Positions 48,801 to 62,157 of a DNA stretch of 64,000 nucleotides are shown piece by piece. The notes under the pieces are model-generated. The model ran no database searches and was not told where the DNA came from. It saw only the letters and a list, made by a program, of their open reading frames with translations. The stretch lies in NCBI GenBank assembly GCA_030265395.1, contig JARFYF010000001.1, positions 34,426,527-34,490,526 on the forward strand. Reading direction: 5' to 3'. The DNA comes from Rhina ancylostomus. Lineage: Eukaryota. Position 1 is the first letter of the stretch. Each line of letters begins with the position of its first letter. The translations under genes and the position numbers were made by a program.

Positions 48801-51800
48801 GACACTGGATTGAATGACTCATGTTCTGCTGGCATTTGAAGTCCAAGCAACAATTGGTATATTTTCCACATTCCACTGTTCTCAAGTCATGTTCTGTTGG
48901 CTTCCAGTCAATGATACTGAGAGTACAATATAAAAATGGGCGTCGAAAGAAGAATTCAACACTGATTCCTTTTTTGATCCAGTGATTTTCAGGTCAATAT
49001 AGGTTTGAAAACAACTTAAAATTTGAGATCAACTACTGTGCAACAACTAATTGCATCATTCAAAACTCAGACGCAACACAAAATTCACATCCTGACAGAT
49101 GGGGAGAAAAAACGCACTGCTGGAGTTTGTGAATAATTTGCTTCCCTATTTAATACACTGCGTTCATAATTCATCTATTGTTAAACAGCAAATTCCACAA
49201 AGCTGAGCACGTTTCATCCTTTCGAATGGAATTGTTCACTACATGCTTCTTATGTATTCTCCTCCACTGAACAATTACCCAGGCCTAACTATGAGAATGA
49301 AAATGAATATATTCCTTATTCTAGAAAATAGGACATTCAAAAGATGTCTAGTGTCTTGTTTCTATGTTCCTTGTCATTCTCAAAGACACATCTATTGGTG
49401 CTTGACAGAGAAACTGCTTTAGTAAAAATTTCTACTGCAGTCCTTTTCAGTGACTGAAACATTTCCCGTCTGTTCCATTCCAGAAATGTAGACTATTTTC
49501 CATGTGAAGGAAACATAATTACTTGGTAAGAATAGCCAAAGATGTCCACTTATGAATAATAATTTATATTGCAGAGCACATTCACTTTATTCATGTACTG
49601 CTGTTGACCAGATCAGCAAGACTAAAAAGACTTTAAATTAAGACCTCAGGGAAAAGCTGTATCGGTATTTATCCGGGAGCGTAAAATGCACTACCATAAT
49701 GACAAATAAGTCTTTTTTTGATCAGTAGCAAATTAACTGAAAATTCATAAATGATAATTGATCTGACATTGTGCAGATAGATGCCAGTGACAGGTTAAAT
49801 ATTTAGAAATCCTTGTGGCCAATCTCTTTTAATAATTTCACAATAAAGTTAACAGATGATTTTCTGTATTAATGTGTTTAATAGATAAGTGTCCAGTTAT
49901 TTAACTAAAATTGCTTTTTCAGTATTTTGTGCATTTAAAGTCTATCAACATTAACGTGGTGACTATTAACATCAAAAGATGAATGGCAGAATACTTAATA
50001 TTTAAGAACTTATATTTCATTAGAAACTAAAAAACCGTGGATGTTTAAGTTTTGCAAGTTTTGGTATTTTAAGGTTGCTGATATTTATTATTTATCCATA
50101 ATATTTGCTTGTGTCATGTCTATTAATGAACATATTACATGAATGAGCATTTTAAATTATACCTGTAAAATGTATTATTTTCCAAATGCAGTGTTTAAAC
50201 CAACCTCTCGCCAAAATACTAACAATTTTATATAACACAATCCCCGCTAAATGTTGAACACAAATACTAAAAAGAACTATTTCAGAAAAGCAAACTGTTT
50301 AAAGATTGCTGGCATTAGTGTATTATATCTTTTGAACCCCAGAGTTGTCTAATCATCAAACATAGAAACATTGTGCATTAGTTCTTCAATGAGCTGTTTC
50401 CCAAGCATGACCGAACAAAAATTTGGCAGCTAATTCCCCAGATAGTTTTAGGTCCTGGATTGTGGCCTGGAGAGGTGCTGAACAGAAAGGTGCTTTGCCA
50501 TCAGATAACTGGATGACACGGGTAGCTTTATTAACGGCACAGGAGCGCCTCATCTGCCTATTTTCTCAGCACTGTGCAGGAGTAAGCAAAAATGAGCAAA
50601 ACAAGAAAAGCGAAAACATTTAAATTAAGGGTGGAGTGAATGGGGTACAACATTACCTTTCCTTTTCCTTTCGTTGCTGCACAGAAATCAAAGACAGCAT
50701 CTAAAATGCATGACCTGTACTCAGTTTAAAGTAAACAGTGGAGAGTGGTTCCAATCCCCCAGTGTCACCGCAATGATGGCTTGACAGGTTAGACTATGAG
50801 CAGACAGAAATGAAAGCTATGACTTCAAATTTAATTCAGCAAACTTTCAAATTTAAAGAGTTTGCCCTATTATTGGAACCTCTTTTGAAGATTAAGCAAT
50901 TGCATGGAATTATTAACCTTAATATTATTTATTTTCAAATGTTTAAACAAGATACATGGTGGTTTCTCAGAGCTGAGGTATCAGTGCTTACTCTCGATAA
51001 TACTGGAAAGGAAAAGGAGTCAAGAGTAGAGAATTACAGCAAGCTTGAAAATAGTTGGAAGTATAAATATTAGATTTAATCTTTGGAAATTTTCCTGTGC
51101 ATTCAAGACTAAATGTACACAAAGTTACAAAAATTTGTTAGAAAGCAGTACAAAACAATTAGAAAAACTAATGGAATAAAGGGAAAAACTGGTTTATCGT
51201 TTGGATGTAACACAATACAACAATGTTCAGAAATTGCACTATTAAGCGTTTACTCAAAAGAGAAGAGCTTGAAGTGTCGAAGTTTTTTTTTGCTATTGCT
51301 GCTCGAGACAAATACTACTGACTAAAGGAATTTTAACATTCACCTCGGAGTGCAGTTGAAATAGATATTTACAAGTTAAATCATAAAGAACTAATAAAAC
51401 GTAAATATTAAGTTCCAGAAAAGAAACTTATCAAAGAGCAGGATGTACCTCATCTAATGTCATTCAAAAACACAATAAGCTCTCTTTCCCCTTCACCCTG
51501 CCCTTGAATTTCATGTTCATTTTAAAGGTATTCCCACTTTTAGTAAAATTTTGTGTGGTTAAATTTTTCTGTGCATTNNNNNNNNNNNNNNNNNNNNNNN
51601 NNNNNNNNNNNNNNNNNNNNNNNNNNNNNNNNNNNNNNNNNNNNNNNNNNNNNNNNNNNNNNNNNNNNNNNNNNNNNTGTGGTTAAATTTGGTAGTCATG
51701 ACAATGGATATCTCACCCAGCCCTTTGTGCAAACTAGCATTTATGGACATGCCAACAAGTACCAAATGTAAAAAGAAAATCAACTTTTCTTAAGCAGTTC

Positions 51801-54800
51801 TTACAAAAATACATAGAAAGAGTACTAAGTAAGCATACAAAAGGTTCTTGCAAGACCTGCCAAAGTTATATCTAAGAGGCTTAATACTAATCTAAACAAA
51901 CCCTTACTTACCCCCACACAGAAAACTCCTGACTCAAAATATACAGCACTCAAATTTTAAGTTTGATTTGATATGGTATGCATTAAAACATAGAATATGG
52001 AATTATTACCATGTTTTCCATGATTGCACGTTATTATGCAGAGGCAAAATACAAGTAAATTAGCTCATGGGTAGTCAAAGCATGGAGCAATGGGTTCATC
52101 AAGATAATGAAATAATACATTGCTCTGCTGATGGGTGATACAAGTGACCATGAATTTCATACACTTACTAATAAAAATGTTTTATTAAATGTATTAAATT
52201 ATAAATATAACATGGTTATTCTGGGCCCCACTGTAATTTTAAAGTAATGATTAAAACAGGATATCCAAAGGGTTCAATGGTTTACTGTATGACAGTACAT
52301 TACAGAAGCCTCAGTCAATAAGAAAAAGACAGTCACATGTCCTGACATTTGGAAATATTTTCAGGAAAACCAATGAATGTACTTAAATCAAAAATGCTTT
52401 GAATACAAATTGAAGAAAACATTATTCACTATGACAGGACTCACAGTTTTGGAAGTCAGATGGCTGCATCCTAACACACACCGCCAATGTTGTGGACAGC
52501 TGCAGAGTTATGGAGACGCCCAAAGAATGGATATCAAAGCTTCTTCCCATAGTACAAAGTGCAACACAAATGAATACTGAGAGAAGACTTAAATGGAAAA
52601 TGAATGCGAGCAGCAAATTACATGCAAGAAAAAGTGCAAAAGTAGAAACCCAAGACCAATACTACAAAAAAAAAAGCCAAAATTGAGGTTTATTAGCTCT
52701 GCCAAACCATTAAGGAAAGAATTAAACCTACAACCGGTGACCTCGGTAGAGCAAATGTGGAATAGCAACAGCAGCCAATATTAAGAGCTAAATAAAGACA
52801 AACCGATTTAGATTTCCAAGTACAGGAATGTGCATATTAGATTATTTTTACAAAAATGTTGTCTGTATCACTTAACTAAAAAAAATATAAAACGTCACAC
52901 AAATTGGCTTTACTTTGATGCACATCATCCCACATGAAAAGATTTTTGGGCCAAAATGCAATGCACTGATTACCAACAAGAATGTAATATCAATTAGATT
53001 GATATTATTTTTCAGCTCCTTCCCCTTAGCCTTAGATTACTCTTTAACTTTTCTCAAATCTCATAAACACTAACACAAATACTGAACAAAACCATCAGGA
53101 GGGCAGATGTTTGAAACTTTGTTAGTATTGCTCTGTACTTGTGCACTGAAATGCATGCAAGAATAATTAGGGAGACTCGTCTGAGTTTCTTTCTATCCCC
53201 CTCAAGAAACATTTTAGCTTCAATTTAATTTCTTCCGTTGAACTGAAGATCGGAATCTGGTCCAGCACTGCACTGTACAGCCGAATATTCTTTTCCATTG
53301 GTACATTAGTCAATCATGGAATATTTGCCTTAGATTTCCATATGGCTATTCATCCCAGCATATTAAAACTCTGGCTGTGTTAAAAATTTAAAGTTGAAAT
53401 TCAAGATACAAAGTATCTTAAGTGTGCAATAGATATGCAAACCATGATTCTTTATTCCTATTTCAAAACAAGTTGGGCAATTGTTTCCAAATTTACTTTG
53501 AACCTCTAAGTTATATAATTTTAAAATATTAACCCTTTGTCAAACTTTTCTGATAAAGTAAAAATTCATAATACTGTTCCAGTTATTGGTTGATAGACAT
53601 GTTATTTAATTCCTGATAATAATTTTAAGCTGCTGCTTAGAATTTTCAATTAATTGNNNNNNNNNNNNNNNNNNNNNNNNNNNNNNNNNNNNNNNNNNNN
53701 NNNNNNNNNNNNNNNNNNNNNNNNNNNNNNNNNNNNNNNNNNNNNNNNNNNNNNNNTAGAATTTTCAATTAATTGCATCTGGTAGACACCTTAAACTTAA
53801 TTTTATGCAGATGAGACTTTACTGACTGAATAAAACATATACTTAAATCAAATCTCAGGTGCAAGAATATAACCTCATGAATTGGGTGTGGGAAATATAA
53901 ACTTCATGTGCTCATGGCAATTTATTTTCCTTATTGTGAAAATATTAAACCTCAAGAATAACTGTGCAGTAAAAGCGGTTATGCCACCTGTAACAAGGCT
54001 ATTTTACCCAAGAATAAATTGTTCTGCTTTCTGGAGCTAACAGAGTGCCACTGTATCACAATCATGTATAAATTGATCTTCAGTAATTATTGCAAAACCA
54101 AAATAGTCAAATCATAAAATTCTAGTTTAACTAGAAAGCCAGACCAATGCTGGTTAATATACATTTTGCTGAAGACTGAATTAGGGTCTGGCTCCTAAAG
54201 TAGTAACACGATTTGACTGCATTTTCTATTGGAAACTGGATGCGATTAATAGTATTGCTTACAACAAGAGGGTCAAACCCTAATCCTAAACTCACTATGG
54301 TAAAGAGGAAAGCAGATGGGTCACAACTCGACATTTGCACTTGAATGAATGACAAGTCATAACAGACCCAAATAACCAATTATTCCTTGACTTTAGCAAA
54401 TAAAATTTGCTTTAACATGCCGCAGTTTAGCACAATGTTAAAANNNNNNNNNNNNNNNNNNNNNNNNNNNNNNNNNNNNNNNNNNNNNNNNNNNNNNNNN
54501 NNNNNNNNNNNNNNNNNNNNNNNNNNNNNNNNNNNNNNNNNNNNATAGACTCGCCATGTTGTGAACAGTGGCTCCTGAAATAGGGTGGTGAACTAAATCA
54601 TTCCAAGTCTTCTGCAATGGTAAAATTGACTAAACATCTTATCTCTACCATCACCAACTTAAAATACTCTGCATGGAAAACACATATAGTACCCAATAAT
54701 TACACTGTTAATACGGAACACAGCAGAGCCCACCACAAGTGATCACAATGGTGAATATTTAGCTTAAGCTTCATCAATGACAAATTAAGAATAACTTTGT

Positions 54801-56299
54801 TTTCACTCATTAGCTCCATTTACTTCTACGCAAAATACAAAAGTTAATGATAATAGAAACATTTAAAAAAAATTAAATTTTTGAAAATCTTAATCAAAAT
54901 TCCCATTGTCCAGCATTATAGAGCTGCAAATTTTGTGCTTTATGAATTGTTAATCCAAGCTTCATTTTTCTATTTTACTATAATTAATTTAGATTTACAA
55001 TACCCTCAGAATAAAAATGTTATGTGAACCTTAAATGTACTTTCATCTTGTAAAAAAGCAATGAATATTACAAGTAAAATCTGAGAAAACAGTAAGGTTT
55101 ATTAAATCTAAATACAGTCCAAAGGGAACAGTGCAGTTACTAACTAGTGATTTTTCAACTACTTTCTTTATCTTAAAGCTATTGCAATATAAAAATTATG
55201 CACATCCCCTCATACATTAACCATAAAATAAATTAGTGTTAAAATAATTGAAATTCAAAAAAAACTGTATGAGCTTATAAAGCAGATAATGAAATTTATG
55301 TAATATATGATTTTTGAGTCAATTGTTGCAGAGAATAACAGCTAAAATGCACTTTATACGGCTATTAAAGATATGACCCTATTGCAGCTCTCTTTTGTGG
55401 TGCACTTTCTACATCGGCAAGGCCATTAATCAAATGGCAGGTTCAAATTGATGCATTTTTTATAGACAGCCCTGACCACACACTTTAATTGCCTAGTATT
55501 AAATAGTAATTAAGTTTCCAAGCTTTAAAGTTTAATTAAAAAATTAAGTGGATGTTACAGCCATTTATTGGTTTGAAGAAGTCTTTAGCAGTCACAGTAC
55601 TCTTAGTCTGAATGGTGAAGATGCTGCAATTTGTTATCGACAGTCACTCAAATATGAGGTCATTTCCCAAGTCTGCTGTGAACAAAGGTGAACTAGGCAA
55701 CTAATGAATGCTATGACCAAGAAGAACAGAGACAATCTGGAGGCAAATGGTAATAAAACTTAGTAAAAATGTAGCAGTGATTGGGACACACCTTCATAAA
55801 GTACTGCCATCAAGCAGTTTTACTGACAAACAGTTTGCTCTTCCTTTACATACATCATGAGCCACCAGGCAAAGAAATTTCGATTATCACAAAATTCCAT
55901 CATTCTACAGTTGATTAAATAGGATTGACCAGAAAACTTACTTTTATTAGAAGCCCAGAATGAACCATTCCACTTTATATTATTGAAATGTTATACAATA
56001 CACATCCTATGAAATTATTCATGACTAAAACTGCATTTTCATTTTTAAGAAATAATTCATATTTAAAATCTGAATGATATACATTTAACAATTGCAGTTA
56101 TTTGACAGAATAATTTCAAAGGTACTTACATTACATAATATCATGCTTATATTAACCCCATTTTGTTCACTGTCCTTCTGTTCACGCAATATTTCTGATA
56201 TGGAATTTATTATTCTACACTGAATCTTTAACAGCCACATTTATTCAATCACTTCTTATTAAGATTAAACTAGAAGATTTTAAACAGGCTTTCCTGATT

Positions 56300-56435
56300 G
56301 TTCAACCAGCTGATCAAGTGAGCAACAACTAGACCAACCTGAATGATCCAGGGTTCGATTCCAGTCTGTGCTAAATTAGTCCTCTGCCAAAGCACAGAGT
56401 TTGCCACAGCACCTCTGTGTTGGGGAGGAAGGAGA
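56300..56435 (+). mobile_element. Ancient tRNA-derived SINE-like fragment
   Basis: B-box GGTTCGATTCC (56351-56361) followed by AGTCTGTGCTAAATTAG; no cloverleaf. Family not identified. Confidence 0.4.
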
Positions 56436-59400
56436 AAAAAAAACAGGTTTCATTTTTTTAATCCAATGAATCCTGTTGAGAATGAGTCTGCACATATAGA
56501 TTTGAACAGCCTACCAACATCACTGCTTTGACTTGCATGTAAACAAAAGCCAATTGAAAGTATCACAAGGTAACTGAAGCCTACGTATAGATGATCCAAC
56601 AAGAAGTCCAAGCATTTATAAAAGGTGGGGATGAAGAAGATTATAAAAACAAAGATTAATGTCATTCTTGAACCAATTGTAGTGAAATGTTGCTCAGTGG
56701 TTCTGTTGCTTATGTTACTCAATAACTATAGTGCAGTGGTATTATTAAAGCTACTAAAATGTCTGTTTCTTAAGAATTTGCAATGCAGAACAACTTTCAT
56801 TGAAAGAATAAAGCTGGATTTGGTAAAGATTACAGTAATTTTGGTAAATACAGTTGGAAAAAAATCATTGTTCCCAATATTTTCATTACACATTTGTGAA
56901 TATGCAAGATTGCCATGCAAAACACAGGAATTATAAAATTAATGCTTTTACAGTCTCAGCTGGTTGGTTCTTGTAACTAGAGAGTCTGATTTTCACCAGG
57001 ACTAATGCACTCCACAAGGCAAAGAATTGTAATTGTGTTTTTCAGTTTCATATTGCAGCAAAGTAAAAAATCAATACCGTTTGTCTAGCCTGCAGTAAAA
57101 ATGGAATCTCTTATTGAGTAATTAAACACCCATTATTGTCATGGACAGCAAAACAATGAATTTTAAAAGAGAACAAATTTTTATAATGAAATACTGGAGT
57201 GACAAATACATTTCTAGAAATAAACGGACAATAAAATTCCTAAATGCTTCTGGTATCGAACAAGGCAAAGAACTGGGGGGAAAAAAAAGATCATGCAATA
57301 ACAATGTAACCTTGAACTAAAATCATTTCAGCTAGGAATAAAATACAGGGTCCAGTATATGAACATACTTTGAACTTTATCTGTGGATCACTGTCAGTAT
57401 TTGAAAGAAAGTAAAGAATTCTAGCAGCAGTACGATTAATGTAAATAGGTAAGAATTTGCTGCATTCATATTTTGGACCATCTGAATTCACATTTTGTTG
57501 ATACAATGCTAACTGTGACTTAGCATCTAGCTATATAAGTAATTGATCATTCATTTCATAGTGCACCATATTTTATTTTGTGATTCTTTTATGCATGTTT
57601 TTCACTACATTTAAAAAGTTAGCTTTGTAATGCTCATGCAAGTAGTGGCCCTGTTACCAAATCTGTGTCTGGCCGTTGCAATGAATCGTTGATTTACTAA
57701 TGCAGTGGTCAGCAAGTATGCTTTGCACCCACAGACTTCTGGTCAATAGACAGCTATTTCCAATCCAGGGTGTCTTAGACAGGAGTTTGAAGCTGATTAC
57801 ACGGACCTTTTTCCGACATTCCCTAAACCCTCATGGCAGTTTACCAACATTTTCATCACATTTTTACAGACCAGAGAACTGGTAAGCTCTCAGGTGCCAA
57901 GGCTCCTGCAGTCAATGTCTGGCATTCTGCCAAGTACGTAGCTACATAGTGCTTCAGAGCCTTGTATAAAACATTCAATGGCAGCAAAAAGAGAACTCTG
58001 CAGAATATTGGAATATAATAAATCCAATTTATAATAAATCAGGATTTGGATTCAGGAACTTGAAAATGTTTCAAAACTTAATTTTCCTTCATTTCCATTG
58101 CTTTGTATTTATGTTATGAAGCTGGTTTAATTTTATTTTGCTCATAACTTGCCATAAAAATATTATAAAGTTGTCCCTCAGCTACATTGTAACCACATAT
58201 AGCAGTTACTAATCTGCTCTATTAAAATGTAAACACCATAATGAAGACATCAGTTTTTAGGCAAATGTCTTCCTGCGCCACTTGGGATATGATAATTACT
58301 AGTGTAAATCTATGGATGCTCATGAATTCTCTACAAGTCCAGATTAAAAGTATTAACATTAAACCTCCCTTCCCCCCACCCCTCCCCTGCAACCCACTCC
58401 TCTCACCCTCCCCCTCTTTAGGGACTCCCTTGTCCAATTCCCAATTTACACACAAACAATCCAAATACCACTTCCTATCAGCAATTGATCTGCTTTTTAA
58501 TTGTAAAGCAAGTATCTAATAGGCAACATCCAAAATCCTGCTTCTTAATGCAACACTGCTGAATTACAACTACCTTAACTGTTTGGAAAGAAACAGACTC
58601 TCTGTTTCATTCTCATGTAGCAGAGTGAATATTTCATTGGTGAAAGGTACTTTGAGGAGGCTAGCACTGATGCTTCAAACAGAATCACAGGAGGAACTGA
58701 AGGTAAAGGACAGCATTGCATTTGTGCTCAAACTTTTTTGCTTTAATTTGTTTGTGCTGCATGCTGTCAGTCAGAACACAAAAAAATTGACCAAGCAGAC
58801 AATCTCAGCAGCTGAATGTTGATCATGTCAGGGAAGTGTGTCAAGGATTTGTGGTCCTTCATCTTCGCAGCAGAGCAAACACATCCCTCAGAGCAGCGAC
58901 AGACAGCTGGTTTCACTTTATAATGTAGCCCAACCTAGATCTGTACAAAAATTGTCAGCACTCACAGAAATAACACAAAGAAAACATATCCAGCTGCTGG
59001 AAGGGTGAACATCATGCATATTAGAAATGGGATTTGTTATATTTGCATGATGCTAGCTCCCCTGGGTCTCCTCTTTCTAATCTAAAGCACAAACACAACA
59101 CTTAACATATTTGCTTACAGCTGACAAGCTGAGGTTGATGGTATTTTACTACAGCAGTCTTATTTACAGATACTGTAAAATGCATTATACTTTAACCAAA
59201 GGTACTGTATATTATACACTTGCTCAAATATTCATTATTTTCATTGCTAATCTATTAAGCAATGAAGCATACACGCATTAAAAATCATTTCCCCCCCCCC
59301 CCACAAAGTTTAAAATAATTATATTTGAAGCTGCAGTGATTACAAAATCAGGCAATTTTGTATAAAGTTATTTTCCATATACAAATAAATATTTTAACCC

Positions 59401-60758
59401 TAAAAGCCTAATATTCTGCCAACACTGACATTGTTGAACAATTTCACAAATTCAAACTTGGGCAACTAAGAATTGCTCCCTACTTGTGATGATTTCAGCG
59501 CCTTTCTGAAACGTATTATTCGCCGATTATATATTTTGACTAAACAAATAGATTGCATATAAGGCAGATTTTTTAAAGTTGCTGTTGCTTGTATATGTGC
59601 TACACTCTGGATAGAGTACACGGGAAAGCATATTGTTTTCCAATGTTTACACCACGGCAATTCGCTCACATGCAAAATACTTTAGCGAAGGTCCCAGTAC
59701 TTCCTCCGCATACTAATATCGATGCCACGTTTTGCATGGGGATCCAAGGACCAACAGTCCTCGAACTGGAAGGGAGACGGATCGGGTAGACATATGTCAT
59801 CATCAATATGTGGAAGTACACTTCACGGTGTTTACGTGATGCCACTGAAGGACTTCCATTCATTGACCACCTCAGGGAGGCGAAACCAAATAACCCTGAC
59901 ACATTGCTTTCACGCGTCCCTGGGCCGGGTGAAATTCATAAGTTTGAATTTTATTTCTATGGAGACTCGCCAAGGTAAAAGTCTTCACATCAAAATTAAC
60001 TGGTGGCCCTATTGATTAGGCAAATTACGAATTCCTGTAAATGTCTCATTAAAACAAACTAAGCGTAAAAAATCAGATTCTACTCCAAATATCTAACAGC
60101 ATAAGGTCTTTATTACTATCTTCGATTTTTGACTTTAGAACAACATTAATTGGCGGAACATTTTATTTCCCTTGTCTTTAACTCAAACCACTCTTGGTTT
60201 GTTATGGCTGTGTACACATCTGTATCCATGCAATGCAATTAAATGACATCCATATTCACATATAATCCTCGAAAATAAGCAGCTATCCAGTCTCACAAGG
60301 TTTCATAAACTGTAATTGATTAATGCGTCCAAGTTTTGTCGCCAATAGATTTTTTTGAATAAACGGTGCAGCAGTATTAAAATAAATCCTAAATCATACG
60401 ACTGATAATTACAGGCAACCGTTGCCTAACCCTAACCTGTTTTCCGTTGGCCGCTCACTGTGAAATTCGCACTAATGAATACCAATAGCAAAAATCGCAT
60501 TCCCATCAAATACCAGCTCTCATCACTTGTACTGCCCCCGATTTAAAATTTATAAACGCGATAGCCTCTCCACAGCATCCTGAGCGCGCCACTACTAAAT
60601 CCGCTATGAATATATATTACAGCTTTAACATGAAATCGGAAGACTCCCTGAAGCTCCAAATTATGAATGGTGTATATTAAACATGTTTAAGGAGAAAAGC
60701 CTTCTGCTCTCAGAGTCTTTTGCAAATGACAAAATACAACAGCAACAAAAAAACATAC

Positions 60759-60783
60759 CATAAACACTCGCGCTACTGATCAT
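60759..60783 (-). CDS. FIGN: Fidgetin first coding segment (MISSASVY + G), 3' end of exon 2
   Basis: ATG ATC AGT AGC GCG AGT GTT TAT G|GTATGT. The phase-1 donor joins the phase-1 acceptor at 12437 to give MISSASVYGLKMQW, matching the known FIGN N-terminus MISSTSVYGLKMQW. Spliced CDS is 25+2282=2307 nt, 768 aa. Confidence 0.93.
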
Positions 60784-60918
60784 TTCTTGCAGCCGCACAA
60801 TTGGATTCACATTCAGAATTCCAACGGTTGGGTTTTCATTAACCACTTTTTTTCCCCCTCTTGGCTATCAAATTTCACTGCTGAAAACGTGGAGCCTTTC
60901 GTCAGGTATTCATTTAAC
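60759..60918 (-). other. FIGN: FIGN exon 2 (5'UTR plus start codon), 160 nt
   Basis: Acceptor ATGTAG|GTTAAATG at 60919/60918 with a CTAAT branch-point-like motif about 15 nt upstream (~60932-60936); donor at 60759/60758. The acceptor choice is inferred and its pyrimidine tract is weak. Confidence 0.7.
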
Positions 60919-60984
60919 CTACATGCATATAATTAGGGGGAAAGCGACATCAACAAAAAGGGATCCGAGAGACCAAAGGAGAGA

Positions 60985-60989
<5 letters not shown>

Positions 60990-61025
<36 letters not shown>
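60990..61025. repeat. (CA)18 microsatellite in FIGN intron 1
   Basis: Perfect run preceded by GCGCG. Confidence 0.98.
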
Positions 61026-61027
<2 letters not shown>

Positions 61028-61848
61028 AAATACAACCACATGATCACGAATCCAAGTCGCTGTCAATTTCACTCACTTCCATGGAAACTAACAAGAAGCT
61101 CCGGGGAGCACAGTAATAGGATCACTCTACTGTATATACCATTAGATTATACATCTCGTTNNNNNNNNNNNNNNNNNNNNNNNNNNNNNNNNNNNNNNNN
61201 NNNNNNNNNNNNNNNNNNNNNNNNNNNNNNNNNNNNNNNNNNNNNNNNNNNNNNNNNNNNCTCGTTCTCTCTTCGTTTCATGGCACAATACGCCCACCAT
61301 GCTTCCTTCCAAGCCTGAAAATAGATGATGTGGTTATCTCTTCAGACCCGAACAGTTACAGCATAGGTTCAGCCTCGGTTCTGACACTTGGGTGCTTTTT
61401 TTGAATAAAGAATTCCCCGTATATACCATGGCAAGTAATGGAGATCGGCTTTTATTACACTTTGACCAGAAGTTGTTTCCCCAGCAGATCCAGCTCCGAA
61501 GCACTCTCACTTTCTCACCGCTGCCTGATTCGACAGCAGAATAAGTCTGCTCAGCTCCAATGGGGAGCAGAACATGCACATGGGGGGTGGGGGTGAACTC
61601 TTGAATTCTCACTACTGCAATTGCCCGCTTACTTCAATGAAAACTCCGATTCTTCCTTTGTTTTGCAAGAGTCCGCTGCAGGCCACGGATAATGCAAGGG
61701 GGGTTCTCCCGGTGAAGATAAACATTGGGCAAGTCAGGCGCGGGTTTTTTTTTCGCTCCGTGCACATAATCTCTCCCCTTGCGCTCGCTTCGGCTTACGG
61801 GATTCAAACATAAATGTTGCTGCCACTCGGGGCGAAATAAAGTCTTAC

Positions 61849-62119
61849 CTGGGATCGCTCAGAGGGCCGCCGCGGGAATTCGAACCATCCACCCAGTGTT
61901 TACCGCCGAACGGGAACTCGACGTAAGTGAGAGTGCCAGGGTTTGGAAATCATTCCAAGTTTTCAAACCAGTGCGCTCGGAAGCCTGCCATGTTGGAATT
62001 CGGACCCAAAACAGCTGCCTGGGCCGAGGAGGGCAGCACGCATGCGTCGGAGCCGGAGAGGCAATTTCAAACCAGATCTGGGCAATGAAACTGCAGCAAG
62101 GGTATGGAGCCCTTCATTG

Positions 62120-62120
<1 letters not shown>
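61849..62120 (-). other. FIGN: Probable non-coding FIGN exon 1 (5' boundary unknown)
   Basis: Strong donor CAG|GTAAGA at 61849/61848 inside the CpG-rich segment, ~0.9 kb upstream of exon 2. The TSS cannot be determined from sequence alone. Confidence 0.6.

Positions 62121-62122
<2 letters not shown>

Positions 62123-62152
<30 letters not shown>
62123..62152. repeat. (GA)15 microsatellite at the putative promoter
   Basis: Perfect run. Confidence 0.98.

Positions 62153-62157
<5 letters not shown>

Larger units (their letters stand above)
12438..60758 (-). other. FIGN: FIGN large GT-AG intron (~48.3 kb including N gaps)
   Basis: GTATGT donor at 60758 and CAG acceptor ending at 12438, with compatible phase. 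Confidence 0.9.

Noticed and set aside
56340-56375. Possible tRNA gene (GGTTCGATTCC)
   Set aside because: Only a B-box is present, with no acceptor, D or anticodon stems; more likely a SINE remnant.
61918-61930. Plus-strand donor-like GAC|GTAAGT suggesting an antisense transcript
   Set aside because: A single short motif with no supporting exon or promoter evidence.
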